Assembly (NCBI RefSeq): GCF_003918875.1
Contig: NW_025765402.1
Coordinates: 62,001 to 126,000, forward strand
Reading direction: 5' to 3'
Length of the DNA stretch: 64,000 bases
Source of the DNA: Haliotis rubra
Taxonomy: Eukaryota
Positions 36,556 to 48,147 of the stretch are shown one piece after another (the first letter of the stretch is position 1; each line of letters begins with the position of its first letter). Under the pieces are notes generated by a model that saw only the letters and a program-made list of their open reading frames with translations, did no database searches and was not told the DNA's origin. Made by a program: the position numbers and the translations under genes.

Positions 36556-38511
36556 CCTTGAAAATGAGCGAATCCTGCTTTACTCACCAGTTGACCAAAG
36601 TATGCTCCCGTCATCGACTCAAGTGTGATCGTGATGCTAAAATTAGAATCAATGAAACATTTTATGTTGCTAAAAGTGATAGATTAGAGTGTTCGATTAT
36701 AACGCCCAACTGCACCTCTGACACATATCTATCAAACTGCTGCAAATTCGCACCCGGAGATGTAAATCGTCATGTCTTCAACACCACGGATAGGGAGATT
36801 ATCAAAACTCTTTGTTCTGATAAGCCGAACTGTGAGTTTCCTGCTCCACGTACCCAAAGTCTAATTTTCTCTGTGGTTACGTACGAATGTATTCAAGGTA
36901 AGTTGAATTAACCAGTCGAGTGGAGTAGGAAGTTTAGGGGCTAGTAGGCTCTTTCATAAAGGTTACAAAGTAAGAATTATACATGCCAGGAAAACATTCA
37001 CATTCAGCTAGAACAAAATACCACTAAAACAAAACGTGTTGTTCCCTGAAGCAGTGAGAACTTTCGTAGGACCATTCAGCATGCTGTTTTCAGGGCAGCC
37101 AAAGTGAACATGGAACATTTTCTAATCTACAGGTCTCGTAAACAGTTAATACGAGAACTGATGACTTTTATTCCATAACGTCATTGTCTATCTCTTGTTT
37201 TAATGGTAAAAACATTTTAATTGAAAGAAACTTTCCATAATCTGTTGGAAAATACATCCATTATTTTGTTCAGGTGTATATTCGAGAACTTGGCGAAAAT
37301 ACAATTTTTAAAAAGAATGAAAGGCTAAAGTTTGAGACTGAAGCCGTTTGAATGGCTCATGCTGACTTTCTTCCTACCTTTTGTGATTTCCTTTGAAGGC
37401 GAAACCACAGGAATTGCTGTCGGCGTTGGCATCGCTGTTGCAGTGGTCACCATTTATGGAATCTTAATCGTCATCCTGTGCTATTTAAAAAGGTACTTTT
37501 CTATGTTATTCCATCCACGGCTTTATACGATAAACGATGCTAACATTCATTATCCATCACGTTTAATCAGTACAAGTCCACGGTAGATGTGAGGTTGTTG
37601 GAATATTGCTCACTCACTCACTCACTTCATAGTTTATAATATTTGTAATAAAATCTGTAATTAATACAAAACCGGTGAAAAGAAAAATAAGCAGAAGAAT
37701 TAACATACATCTACTTGTGGGATAATTGTCCCCCAGTACCCATGCTACATGCTGCAAATAACGATTTGATTGTTTTAATGCATCCGGACACGTGAAGGTC
37801 CGGGTTAGAATGTGCCTTCAATAACCCATGCTTGTCGTAAGAGGCAACTAACGGGATCGGGTGGTCAGACTTGCTGACTTGGTTGATTGGTTCCTAATTG
37901 CGCAGATCGATGCTCATGATGTTGATCACTGGATTGTCTGGTCCAGACTCGATTATTTACAGACCGCCGCCATATAGCAGGAATATTGCTGAGTGCGGCG
38001 TAAAACTAAACTCACTTACTCACTCATTTAATGCTTCCGTCATATAGTTGGAATTCTTCAAAATGCATGCTGGTTCAAAAGAACCCTTACTAAGTCATTC
38101 AATATATTTTCCAGGCGAAGCAAACAGTCACCCCAACAGAACAGAAGAAGGTTGAACACTGCCCTAGCGCCTCTCTACCATGAAGTGATGGGCTCACAGC
38201 CACTTCCTCGTCAGACCGCCAGTTATGAGTACGCCACTATTGAGGATATACACGGAGGAAGAGGACCGGATCCAAAGCCAGTTGTGGGAGGATATGATCA
38301 CTTGGGGGTCGTGCCCCGGGGGGTCGATGGGGGACTGGGGGTACACTATGACTCCGCAGCATGTGCTATGCCAGTCTGTCAGCAGGAGAAAGCGGATGGC
38401 GAGAGAGCCAGGTCAGGAAGTAACCTATACAATCATCTGAGTGTCAAGCCGCAGAAGTCAAAGGTCCTACACAACCAGTATGATGTTGCTATGCAAAAGT
38501 CACAGAAATGA
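36556..38511 (+). CDS. Type I membrane receptor with a divergent SUEL/Gal_lectin-like ectodomain and a Tyr-motif-rich tail; first exon unresolved
   Basis: Exons 36556-36897 (phase 1-1; ESC...LKCDRDAKIRINETFY...C...C...CC...LCSDKPNCEFPA...VTYECIQ), 37399-37492 (TM IAVGVGIAVAVVTIYGILIVILCYL) and 38115-38511 (YHEV, YEYATI, YDHL, YDSA, YNHL, YDVA). A candidate signal exon at about 33989-34045 has an incompatible phase. Confidence 0.82.
37789..38025 (+). mobile_element. Non-autonomous retroposon, family B, full length with TSD
   Basis: TSD TTTAATGC(A/T)TCCG on both sides. Confidence 0.9.
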
Positions 38512-38978
38512 ATTCCATCTGATCTTGAATTTAACCGCGTTAGTCCGGACTCTTGCTCTCAGGACGAGTGTGATATTTCTTAGGAAAGTTTCCGAACTTT
38601 ACTGAAATGAATATAACTGCGTAACGCTATCGTTTTACCTCGTTCATATCGACGTTTCCATTTGGAAGCATACGGATTAATAGAGTTACTTCAATAGGTA
38701 GCAGAAAAAAAGGACAACGTTAAATTCGGTGCTGTTCAGTGTTTAAAACACTCGATTTTCTCCTAAAACGAAATAATTGCGTGATCCGTATGAAACGTCG
38801 TGCTCAGTTTGTTCACCGCTTGAATGTAACAAGAGGAATTGTCCGGAATGTGGCAATTCACGTCTCTGTTATCAGCGCATATAGCTATTGTTGCCGTCTC
38901 TAGTCTACAAATGTCATCTCTGTCTTCAGCGAGTGTTTTAATGTCATCAGAGAATGACATATTACATCGGTCGAAGGG

Positions 38979-39118
38979 TGAGTGAGTGAGTGTGGTTTTA
39001 CGCCGCTTTTAGCAATATTACTGTAACACAAAAGCGGGGGACACCAGAAATGGGCTTCACGCATTGTACCCATGGTCTTCAGAGTGACGAGCGGACGCTT
39101 TAACAATTAAGCCCCACC
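38979..39118 (-). mobile_element. tRNA-derived SINE, family A
   Basis: Family A body and tail. Confidence 0.75.
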
Positions 39119-39525
39119 AGTCAAAGAAAGAGTTACACGTGAAAGCAACTTTTTCTCTTTGGGCGTACACATTGTAATACTTATATGTAATCAACAGTAC
39201 TGAATCAACAGCATTCAATCCGTAACTATCCATTAAGCAATTCCTATTATAATTGTATTTATTAATTGCTGCGGTGAAAGACTTACATTACGGAAAGAGT
39301 AAGACCACAGAATCATTGTAACACTTCTATGTGAAGAAGATGATCTGTTTCAGGTATTTATATGATGGGAATGGAAGGGAAAAAGAGAAATAAATTTTGT
39401 AATAGTTGCCTTTATCTGATTGCTCTTGTATTGGATATAAAAATAGAGGCTAACACATGACAGTTGAGTACAGGTCAACAGATAACAGAGACACGCTGAC
39501 ATTTTTGCCACGGTCAGGCAGCAAA

Positions 39526-42500
39526 ATGGTGACGATATACATTCTTGTAATACTTTCATTTCTCTTATTAGTCACGACAGTTGCAGGTAAGTGGTAAAGG
39601 AAATTATGAACCCTTAAATGTCTGACAATCGCCTATACATAACCTGATAGTCAGGTGGGAGTGGTACCTTCCTGTTGGTCAAATGATCAGGGGCGGTGGG
39701 GTAGCCTAATGGTTAGGTTGTGTACCTTCCCCCCTGTACAATGGTGAAACATCCTGATTGATCAGTAATACAGCGATATTTCATGACGGCATGTAATATG
39801 GAGTTTGGGTCGGTGAGTTTGTAATGACATGTAGAATGACAGCTCATTAAGAATTGATAAAGGGCTATCATCTGACCATCCGATGCTGTTTAATCGCTTG
39901 TTACTTTGAGCAATAGAGTACCGGTTGTTTAAACCCGTCTTAGTCCCAACGGGAACAAAAGTCTCAGCTGAATCTTTGGTTAACCCTGATTGTTTGATGG
40001 ATACTTTAGTTTGCATGGTAAAGCGAAGAAACGCTTCACTTTAACTCAAACACTCACTGTAAAATTTGGAGTGAAGGTTTGTTATACACATCACTATTCG
40101 CCTTATGTTAAAATAAATTTTAATAAATTTGTAAATGTTGTCTTATATGTTACTTGCGAATTAACCCAGTACAATGAACGTGTTCCGTCGTTCGTGTGTA
40201 AACATTTAGTGTTCGCAAAGTGTCGAAATGTTTGCATTTAGTCAGCCACACTTCTTCAGAATATAATATCGATAGTTTTGGTTGGTTATACATACGTTTT
40301 TGTCTGGGATGGCGAGGAATCCATGTTGCAAAAGCCGTCAACAGATAGAGAACGATGCTTGCTCGTGTTTCAAAGAAAGCGTATGGGATGAATCCAATTG
40401 CAGGATCCTGAAAATGGTGATTCTTGGTTTGTCGGCACAAAGTGTAACAAATCTAAAACCTGCGTGTCATCAATGAAGTTGACTCGTTACTTTTACAATT
40501 ACTAAACTTCATGGGTGTGGTGTGGATGGAGTCACTCACTAGTCAGGAGTAGATTTCAGTCCTTGAAATTGAGTCTACAAACACGGCAAACACAGGGGAA
40601 GATAGCACGTCTATGGTCAAGTAAATTGTATGCACATCCTAGTCCAGTGTAACTAACATGGGATATATATGCACAAAATAAAGTATGTGGAATCATTGTT
40701 GGGACATCATCCTCTACAAAACGAAACCCGACACTCCGCGCTATATTTAGAGTACCTCTCAGTTACACCGTAATATTAAGATCAAACACAGATGACTTAA
40801 CGCAACATCCATCAATTTTATTCCTGTTTACTCTGCGACACAAATGCAAGTACAGATTGATAGTCTTGACTTTTTGTGACGCTCGTGTTTGTGGCCTAAG
40901 AGTTTGGCTCTAAGTTACCAAAATATGAACATACACGGTAATCGTAGGTTGTGCAAAACACACGATAGCCTGTGGCGCGGTTTCGATCTGTTAGACAGTG
41001 TGTGTGTTTGACACAAAGAAATCCTATCAGACACACGACATACAGGCCTAGTCGTGTCTAATAAAACCATTGGACGATTTTTTATTTTGTCATACTGTTG
41101 TCAGAAGTTAGCAGCACCAAAATATCTAACATCTGTTTCTATGAGATAAGCACTGTAGATGTAATGTGGCATGTGTCTCCAAATCTAACAATGAACAGTT
41201 AGGCGATGTACACTATAGACGAGCAACCGGATAATAAATGGGAAATGAATCACGGATCACATGACACCGACGGATACTGACCTGGGGCGCGGTTGGCGAG
41301 CTGACTAAGGCGCAATGCTAGTGATCCAGCGAGGTTGAAGTGTCGGGATCGAGGCCACCTGTGACCGGGAGTAAAAACATTGGGTCAACTTTGTGTGCAG
41401 AATCTTTCCGTGTTGTCACAACCCCTAGTGCACATTACACAACCCTGTGCACTTAAAAGAACCCACAAATCCGTTGGTATATGACCAGATGGTGGCCACA
41501 TTAATACGTGCAGACACCTAGTTGCGGGTACAGCAACGTGCAGTGAAATTGGACAAAGTACTGTGACTATGTGTCCCACTCCACCCAGGTGTGAATGGGT
41601 ACCTCGTTAGGATGAGAACGCCACAATAACTCGGTGCGCCTAGTGGCGGCAAAAGTAGTATGCTCCTCAGGGAGTGGAGATTGACACCCAATTGATCGAG
41701 AGAAAAATTACTAGCGCCTTGAGCATGCACTAGTTGCCTGGATATGTGCGCTATATAAATATCCTATATACATACATAACCTTGTTTTAGGGATAGGATG
41801 TCCAAATGGATGGATCCGGTTTGACGGTTCCTGCTACGTGTACAGCAGCCTTGACCGTACATTTATTCATGCTTCGGTAAGTCACACCGACAATAGTGCA
41901 ACATTTTAAAATATTTAGCGCTGGTTAACTTGCTATGTTGATATTTTGTTAATAGTTTCGTGTTTTTATTTGTACTAAAAAAAGGCAAAATGCTGAGAAC
42001 AGTCTCTGGCTGAAACACCAGTGACTCGATGTCCGTCCACACTGTACCATGTGTACCTTATGTGTGTTCCCCAATCGTAATGGTGCTCAAATGTTACCAA
42101 ATCCATAAAATCGGAAAATGGCATCGGGGCGTCAGTGTGACATCTAAGCACACACGCCATTTATTACGTTTCTTACTCCTTTTAGAGTTTCTGTAAGGAG
42201 TTGGGAGGCTACCTGGTAGAAATAGAGTCCGAAAAGGAGTCAAACTTTGTGACCAATTTCCTAAACGAGCATATAGGTATGTATAAGCGTTTTGCCTTTG
42301 ATTTCGCGATGCAAGCTGTTGCTGTTGTATACAGTTCTTAACCATTACAGTAGTCTGTAAGAAAGCATGAAGGTAAGTATAGGTGTGTGTATAAGTGATC
42401 CATGATTTGACCATGAGCTCTGGTTGTATACAGATCAACCAGTAAAGTAAATGTAAAATGATACATGCGCCATTCAAAGTATGTACATGTAATTGTAAAT

Positions 42501-43474
42501 GATAGCTTCGTCAACCTATGATTACGCACTTTTAAGGTAGTATTTCATTGATCAATCCACGACGAATGCAACCTCACCTATACAACCACGATATATTTTG
42601 TAAAATGTCTGGTATTGATTTCCAATAATATCATGCATATGTTTACGCCGTCTTTGTATGCGTGTGTCCGTATACTTTTTAACGATGTATATACTTTTGG
42701 ATATTGCGACAAAATGCAAACGTAATTCCCCGGACCTCGGCGTGTCTATTACATCGTCACACCTTTCGACGACAATGTCCCTTGATGCATGCATACCAAT
42801 TTGTCACTGTGTTCAAGGTAACATATTCCCTTCGCAAGTATATTGTTCATTGCTAACTTATACTTTTTGTATCACTATTTATCTCTAACAATGCACTATC
42901 ACAATGCGGCCTTATATATGTCATAAAGACATTTTAACATGGCATAGCATGATTATTAAAATGCATGTTCCCTAAGAAGTGTACTGTCTTTAACATTGGC
43001 ATAGGACCTGACAGTTTTGAGAATCGTTTGTCTTTGACATGTGCTTCGTCAGTGAAAAACGGAGTGTGGCTGGGAGGAAACGACTTGATGGCGGAGGGCT
43101 ACTGGGTGTGGGACAAGTCGGAGGAGCCCTTTAACTACACCAACTGGAACCCAGCAGAACCTGACCAGTCATCTGCTGGTGAGCAGGACTGTCTGTCCGT
43201 CTGGAAGAGAGGAAACTACCAATGGGCTGACCACTACTGCGACAGACCGGATCTTGCATCTCTTTGCGAGAAAGAGTAAGTCATGATGTGATCTGCATTC
43301 TGTCGTTCATATTGCACATTATATACATATATAGGATATTATTTAATTTCAAGATATGTAGGATATTATTTCGCTGTTGTTTACACGTTAGCAGTGCATG
43401 GACTGGTGAGTGCATTTATTTGATTTTAATAAAATTCTTTTATTGCTTATAGTTTTGTCGGATGTACCAACTGA
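39526..43474 (+). CDS. Perlucin-like single-CRD C-type lectin 3 (EPD/WAD motifs), paralog of lectin 2
   Basis: Exons 39526-39586 (MVTIYILVILSFLLLVTTVA), 41791-41876 (GCPNGWIRFDGSCY...), 42186-42276 (SFCKELGGYLVEIES...), 43053-43275 (WLGGNDLMAEGYWVW...EPD...QDC...WADHYC...LCEK) and 43453-43474 (FVGCTN*). TATAAAAA near 39436 and AATAAA near 43576. Exons 2 and 3 are 86 and 91 nt, as in lectin 2. Confidence 0.92.
41284..41778 (+). mobile_element. Composite tRNA-SINE with Nin/Deu and CORE domains
   Basis: tRNA-like head GGGGCGCGGTTGGCGAGCTG. Nin/Deu-like GGGTCAACTTTGTGTGCAGA...GCACTTAAAAGAACCCA. CORE-like TCCACCCAGGTGTGAATGGGTACC. LINE-type tail AGCGCCTTGAG...GCGCTATATAAAT. Confidence 0.7.
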
Positions 43475-44475
43475 GCAACGCTGGAGTAATCACAAGTCTT
43501 TGTGGGTTAGGCTGTCTCTATGGGGAACTGTCCATCAATAACAGATTACGACCATTACATCGCTTTATCCCGGCAAATAAACTGATACTGTGAATTGGTG
43601 TATTTCTGTTTGTATCACAGAGTTTATCTCAATTTAATAACTTCGTGTGTCTTGACTTCTTGACAACTTTCTGGTAGCATAAGCCCCGACGTGGATGGAT
43701 GGTTTTTTGGTAACGCGCACCTTCCTTTCAAAGAATTTTTGCTTGTAGTTAGTTCCTTATCACCGCACTATCGCAGAATTATTCCAGCAAACTGACGGCG
43801 GTCATGATGTATCTCATTACCCAGTGATCAGTCATCATCATTGCTCTACGCATTTAGGAAATGAGGACGTGCATCAGCCAGCGAGCCTGACCACCCCGAT
43901 CCCGGGAGGTACCTTTACAAGCTTGGACTGCTGAAGGCAAATTCTACCCAGGATCTTTCAAAGAAATACATGTGGGAGTAAAGTTATGTTCCACCTTGCG
44001 CTGAGGCTCTCGTAAGCCTATGTTAAAGTATATTAGAATCACTGCTAAATTCGCTCTGGGGAACCTGAATATTATATATTAAGGTCTGTACCATGTGTAA
44101 AAGAGTTACGCCGTGAGTTCGGGGGTGTTACACACAATATGTTGTAACTGTGTGTTATATCATGCCAACCGAACACTCAGAAAAACACATTCAGAAATCA
44201 ACGTGATGGTTGAAGTGAATCTGTTTTCGTTCACTCAGTATGTCCTCATGTCCACAGTTGAGTGAGGTATGACAATCGTACCAGCATGACACCAAGATAC
44301 AGGTACAGGTGTATAATAACTGATTTTCTTTGCAACAGGTACATCTAATACTGAATTGTGTATTGTTTGTGGGGAGGTAAAGAAATGAGGAGAGCCTTCA
44401 CAGTACGAAGGGGACACATTTGGTGTGAACATATGGATTGTCTTTCGGGAGTGGATACATGGTAGAAATAAAGTA

Positions 44476-45538
44476 AGGAATGTGTTGAATGTAAAGATAC
44501 TGAACGTCTTGTGGGCGTGGATATATAAAGCCTTGGTGGTAGAGATAAAGGCCATCGTGTATAGAGGAATGTGTTGAATATAAAGATGCTGACGTCTTGT
44601 GGGCGTGGATAGATAAAGCCTTGGTGGTAGAGACAAAGGACGTCTTGTGTATAGAGGAATGTGTTGAATGTAACGATACTGAACGTCTTGTGGGCGTGGA
44701 TAGATAAAGCATTTGTGGTAGAGATACAGGGCATCGTGTGTATAGAGGAATGTGTTGAATGTAAAGATACTGAACGTCTTGTAGGCGTAGATAGATAAAG
44801 CCTTGGTGGTAGAGACAAAGGACGTCTTGTGTATAGAGGAATGTGTTGAATGTAACGATACTGAACGTCTTGTAGGCGTGGATAGATAAAGCATTTGTGG
44901 TAGAGATACAGGGCATCGTGTGTATAGAGGAATGTGTTGAATGTAAAGATACTGAACGTCTTGTAGGCGTAGAAAGATAAAGCCTTGTTGCTAGAGATAA
45001 AGGACGCCGTGTGTATAGAGGAATGTGTTGAATGTAACGATACTGAACGTCTTGTAGGCGTGGATAGATAAAGCCTTGGTGGTAGAGATAAAGGGCATCG
45101 TGTGTATAGAGGAATGTGTTGAATGTAAAGATACTGAACGTCTTGTAGGCGTAGATAGATAAAGCCTTGGTGGTAGAGATAAAGGACACCGTGTGTATAG
45201 AGGAATGTATTGAATGTAAAGATACTGAACGTCTTGTAGACATGGATAGATAAAGCCTTGGTGGTAGAGATAAAGGACGCCGTGTGTATAGAGGAATGTG
45301 TTGAATGTAAAGATACTGAACGTCTTGTAGGCGTGGATAGATAAATCCTTGGTGGTAGAGATAAAGGACGACTTGTGTATAGAGGAATGTGTTGAATGTA
45401 AAGATACTGAACGTCTTGAGGGCTTGGATAGATAAAGCCTTGGTGGTAGAGATAAAGGACGCCGTGTGTAAAGAGGAATGTGTTAATTGTAAAGTTACTG
45501 AACGTCTTGAGGGCGTGGATAGATAAAGCCTCGGTGGT
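44476..45538. repeat. 91-bp tandem repeat array, about 12 copies; resumes at 46440-46520
   Basis: Unit GTAA(A/C)GATACTGAACGTCTTGTAGGCGT(G/A)GATAGATAAAGCCTTGGTGGTAGAGATAAAGGACGCCGTGTGTATAGAGGAATGTGTTGAAT. Confidence 0.96.
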
Positions 45539-45544
45539 ATGAAT

Positions 45545-46435
45545 GAATGAATGGTTTATTCTCATGAAGATCACGCAATAGTGACATAAAGAAAAATACA
45601 AATGTACAGATTTGTTTCATGGGAGCATACGTGCCAATATGAAATGATTCTAACCTTTATAAGTATATCGGTTGGATATCTTCCCAGTTCACCGTATATC
45701 ATATAATCTAGTGTTGATTGCTTAACTTTTAATATATATTTACAAAATTGTAAATGAACCCTTTCTAAGCGCGAGACTTCTGAGCAGTATAACAAAATCG
45801 GCTGCACAAGGTTATCGAAGAGTTTAAGTTGGCAATTAATGGGAATATCTAACAAACGTAATTTTCTAAAAATCGCATACATTGCTCTTGAGGCTTGTTC
45901 GACAATTCTCTTTTGAGCTTTACAGAATCTACCAGTGCGAGTAAATAAAATACCAAGATATACATATTCTGAGACCGATTCAATATTTTGCTGTTGTAGC
46001 TTGAACACATGGTGTATTTTGTCAGGCCTCCTCCCCAAAATTATTATCTTTGTTTTAGAAACATTTACAGTTAATTTCCATCTTTTACAATACTCATCAA
46101 ATAACAATAAACATTTGATTAGGTCAGTATGGGTTTTCTGCAAATAAAACTGTGTCATCTGCATAGAGTAACAAAAGAAGTTTTAAATAGATATCAAGAT
46201 CATGATGAATGTTACTATTCAAATGTTCAAGGCCATTAAAATTATTGGTTACTAAATACTCTTCCAGATCATTTAGGTATAATGCAAAGAGAAATGGGGA
46301 GAGATTGTCGCCTTGTCTAACACCAAAACAACAATGAAAATAATCACTGGTATTACCATTGTATGAAACACATGACTTAATACATTTGTACATGTTACGC
46401 ATGACGAAGAAACATTTACCTGAAATATTATATTT
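45545..46435 (-). mobile_element. Internal RT fragment of an RTEX-like LINE
   Basis: GVRQGDNLSPFLFALYLNDL, LLYADDTVL, WKLTVNVSKTK, YLGILF and MIYGELGRYP; frameshifted. Confidence 0.9.
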
Positions 46436-48147
46436 AATAATAGAGATAAAGGACGCCGTGTGTATAGAGGAAAGTGTTGAATGTAAAGATACTGAGCGCC
46501 TTGTGGGTTTGGATAGATAACGCCTTCTGGACGTCTGGTGTGTGAAGGTGGGGAAAGCCTTGTATGTGAAGAGCCTGGGTACGCATAGGGAAAGCATAAA
46601 CGGCACAGACGGTGGAACTGAAGGACGCGTATTTAGTGGAGATACAAGAACATATTCTGAATGAAGACTGGGGACTCCTTGTGGATGAGGATAGTAGACG
46701 ATATGTTTTTAATTACTTCCCTCAGGTGTAACAGCTGCATTCAGTCAACACAGTCAATGAACATACGATACATACAGTAAGGTTAATTTACTCAATGATA
46801 AATTGATCGGGCAATTTGAAAGGAAATGCGGAAATGACATCTGGGGCCAGGATGCGGTCGACACATAATATGACAAATCGACAATACAAATAACGATATG
46901 CATCACTTAACAATTATTATCATTGTCGAAAAGTTATATCTAATCCACCCATATTTAATATACTATACATATATGATACATAAGATTATCAAAACTCGTC
47001 AAGAATTCTGATAATATTAGAGTTTGTCAGTGGTGAATTAAGGAGTGGACTTATATTTCGGCGCTTAACGGCAATTTTAGTTACATCGAAGCTGTGTTCA
47101 TCTGCAAGGAAATCCCAATATAATGTTGGTCTTGGGCGTCTCAACATTGAAGTAACATAACCAGAGCTAATCATGGGATCAATACACGATCAATGAAACC
47201 CATCTCGCCTCTCCACCATCATGCCAAACTGTTTTAGTCATCTTTCTCAACTGTTTCGACTATGCCCATATATTTCAGAAAGCCTTGCAACTGATGTTTT
47301 TTCCGAATCAAATTAGTTTCATTGTGTGACTGGGACTGGGATAAAGTCTTGGTGATTCGGTTTTCCGATCTCCCTGGAGATGGTGGTATACTATAAGCCA
47401 TCTAAACTCACAAATCATTGCTTTATATGTATTTATCGTCACGAACTGACCGATCCACAATCTCGTGTTCTACCTGGGAACGTACGAATGACTTCCTATG
47501 AAGGGGCGTGAATCTTTTTCTCACCACATCCCATTACTTTAATATAAATGATGTCTAAATAATAGCTAATTGACTACTATATGTTACAACAAAATGCCAA
47601 TACGCCTACCATATGGCGCATAAAAGTACACAAAAGCTTCGAGAAGAAAAGTCTTCATTCAGTTTACTGTTAGGAAAATCTTGCATAATGATGACATTGT
47701 AAGGGTTATTATGATTAAAAGTCAATAACATTTGTGAATGACAAATAGACGTCAATATCCAGCAATTGTTAGCCTTTTTATTGTCAACTTAGAACCGATG
47801 AGTACGCCATTTCAGCTGTCTGTCAACGCGCTTCAAGGTGTACATTGAACGATCCCACGCATATGACACTTAAACCCAATAGCCGTGTAGAGTACTTAGC
47901 TGACGGATGATGGCTTATTAGGGGACATATTGCCATTCCAATGGACATATATTTGTGTCAATGTCAATGTTAACTGTTATGTTATACACTGTGCCAGGAT
48001 ATCACTAGCTATAACAATAGCTACTACTACTACTACGACTACGACTACTGCTGCTGCTGCTGCTACCAGTACTACTGCTACTATTTACTATTACTGTGAA
48101 CACCCTCGATATCAGAAAGGAACGCGAAAGACTCTTACCAACCAAAG

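Noticed and set aside
44235-45601. Three overlapping long minus-strand ORFs (219-418 aa)
   Set aside because: Translation of the 91-bp tandem array, which lacks stops on that strand.
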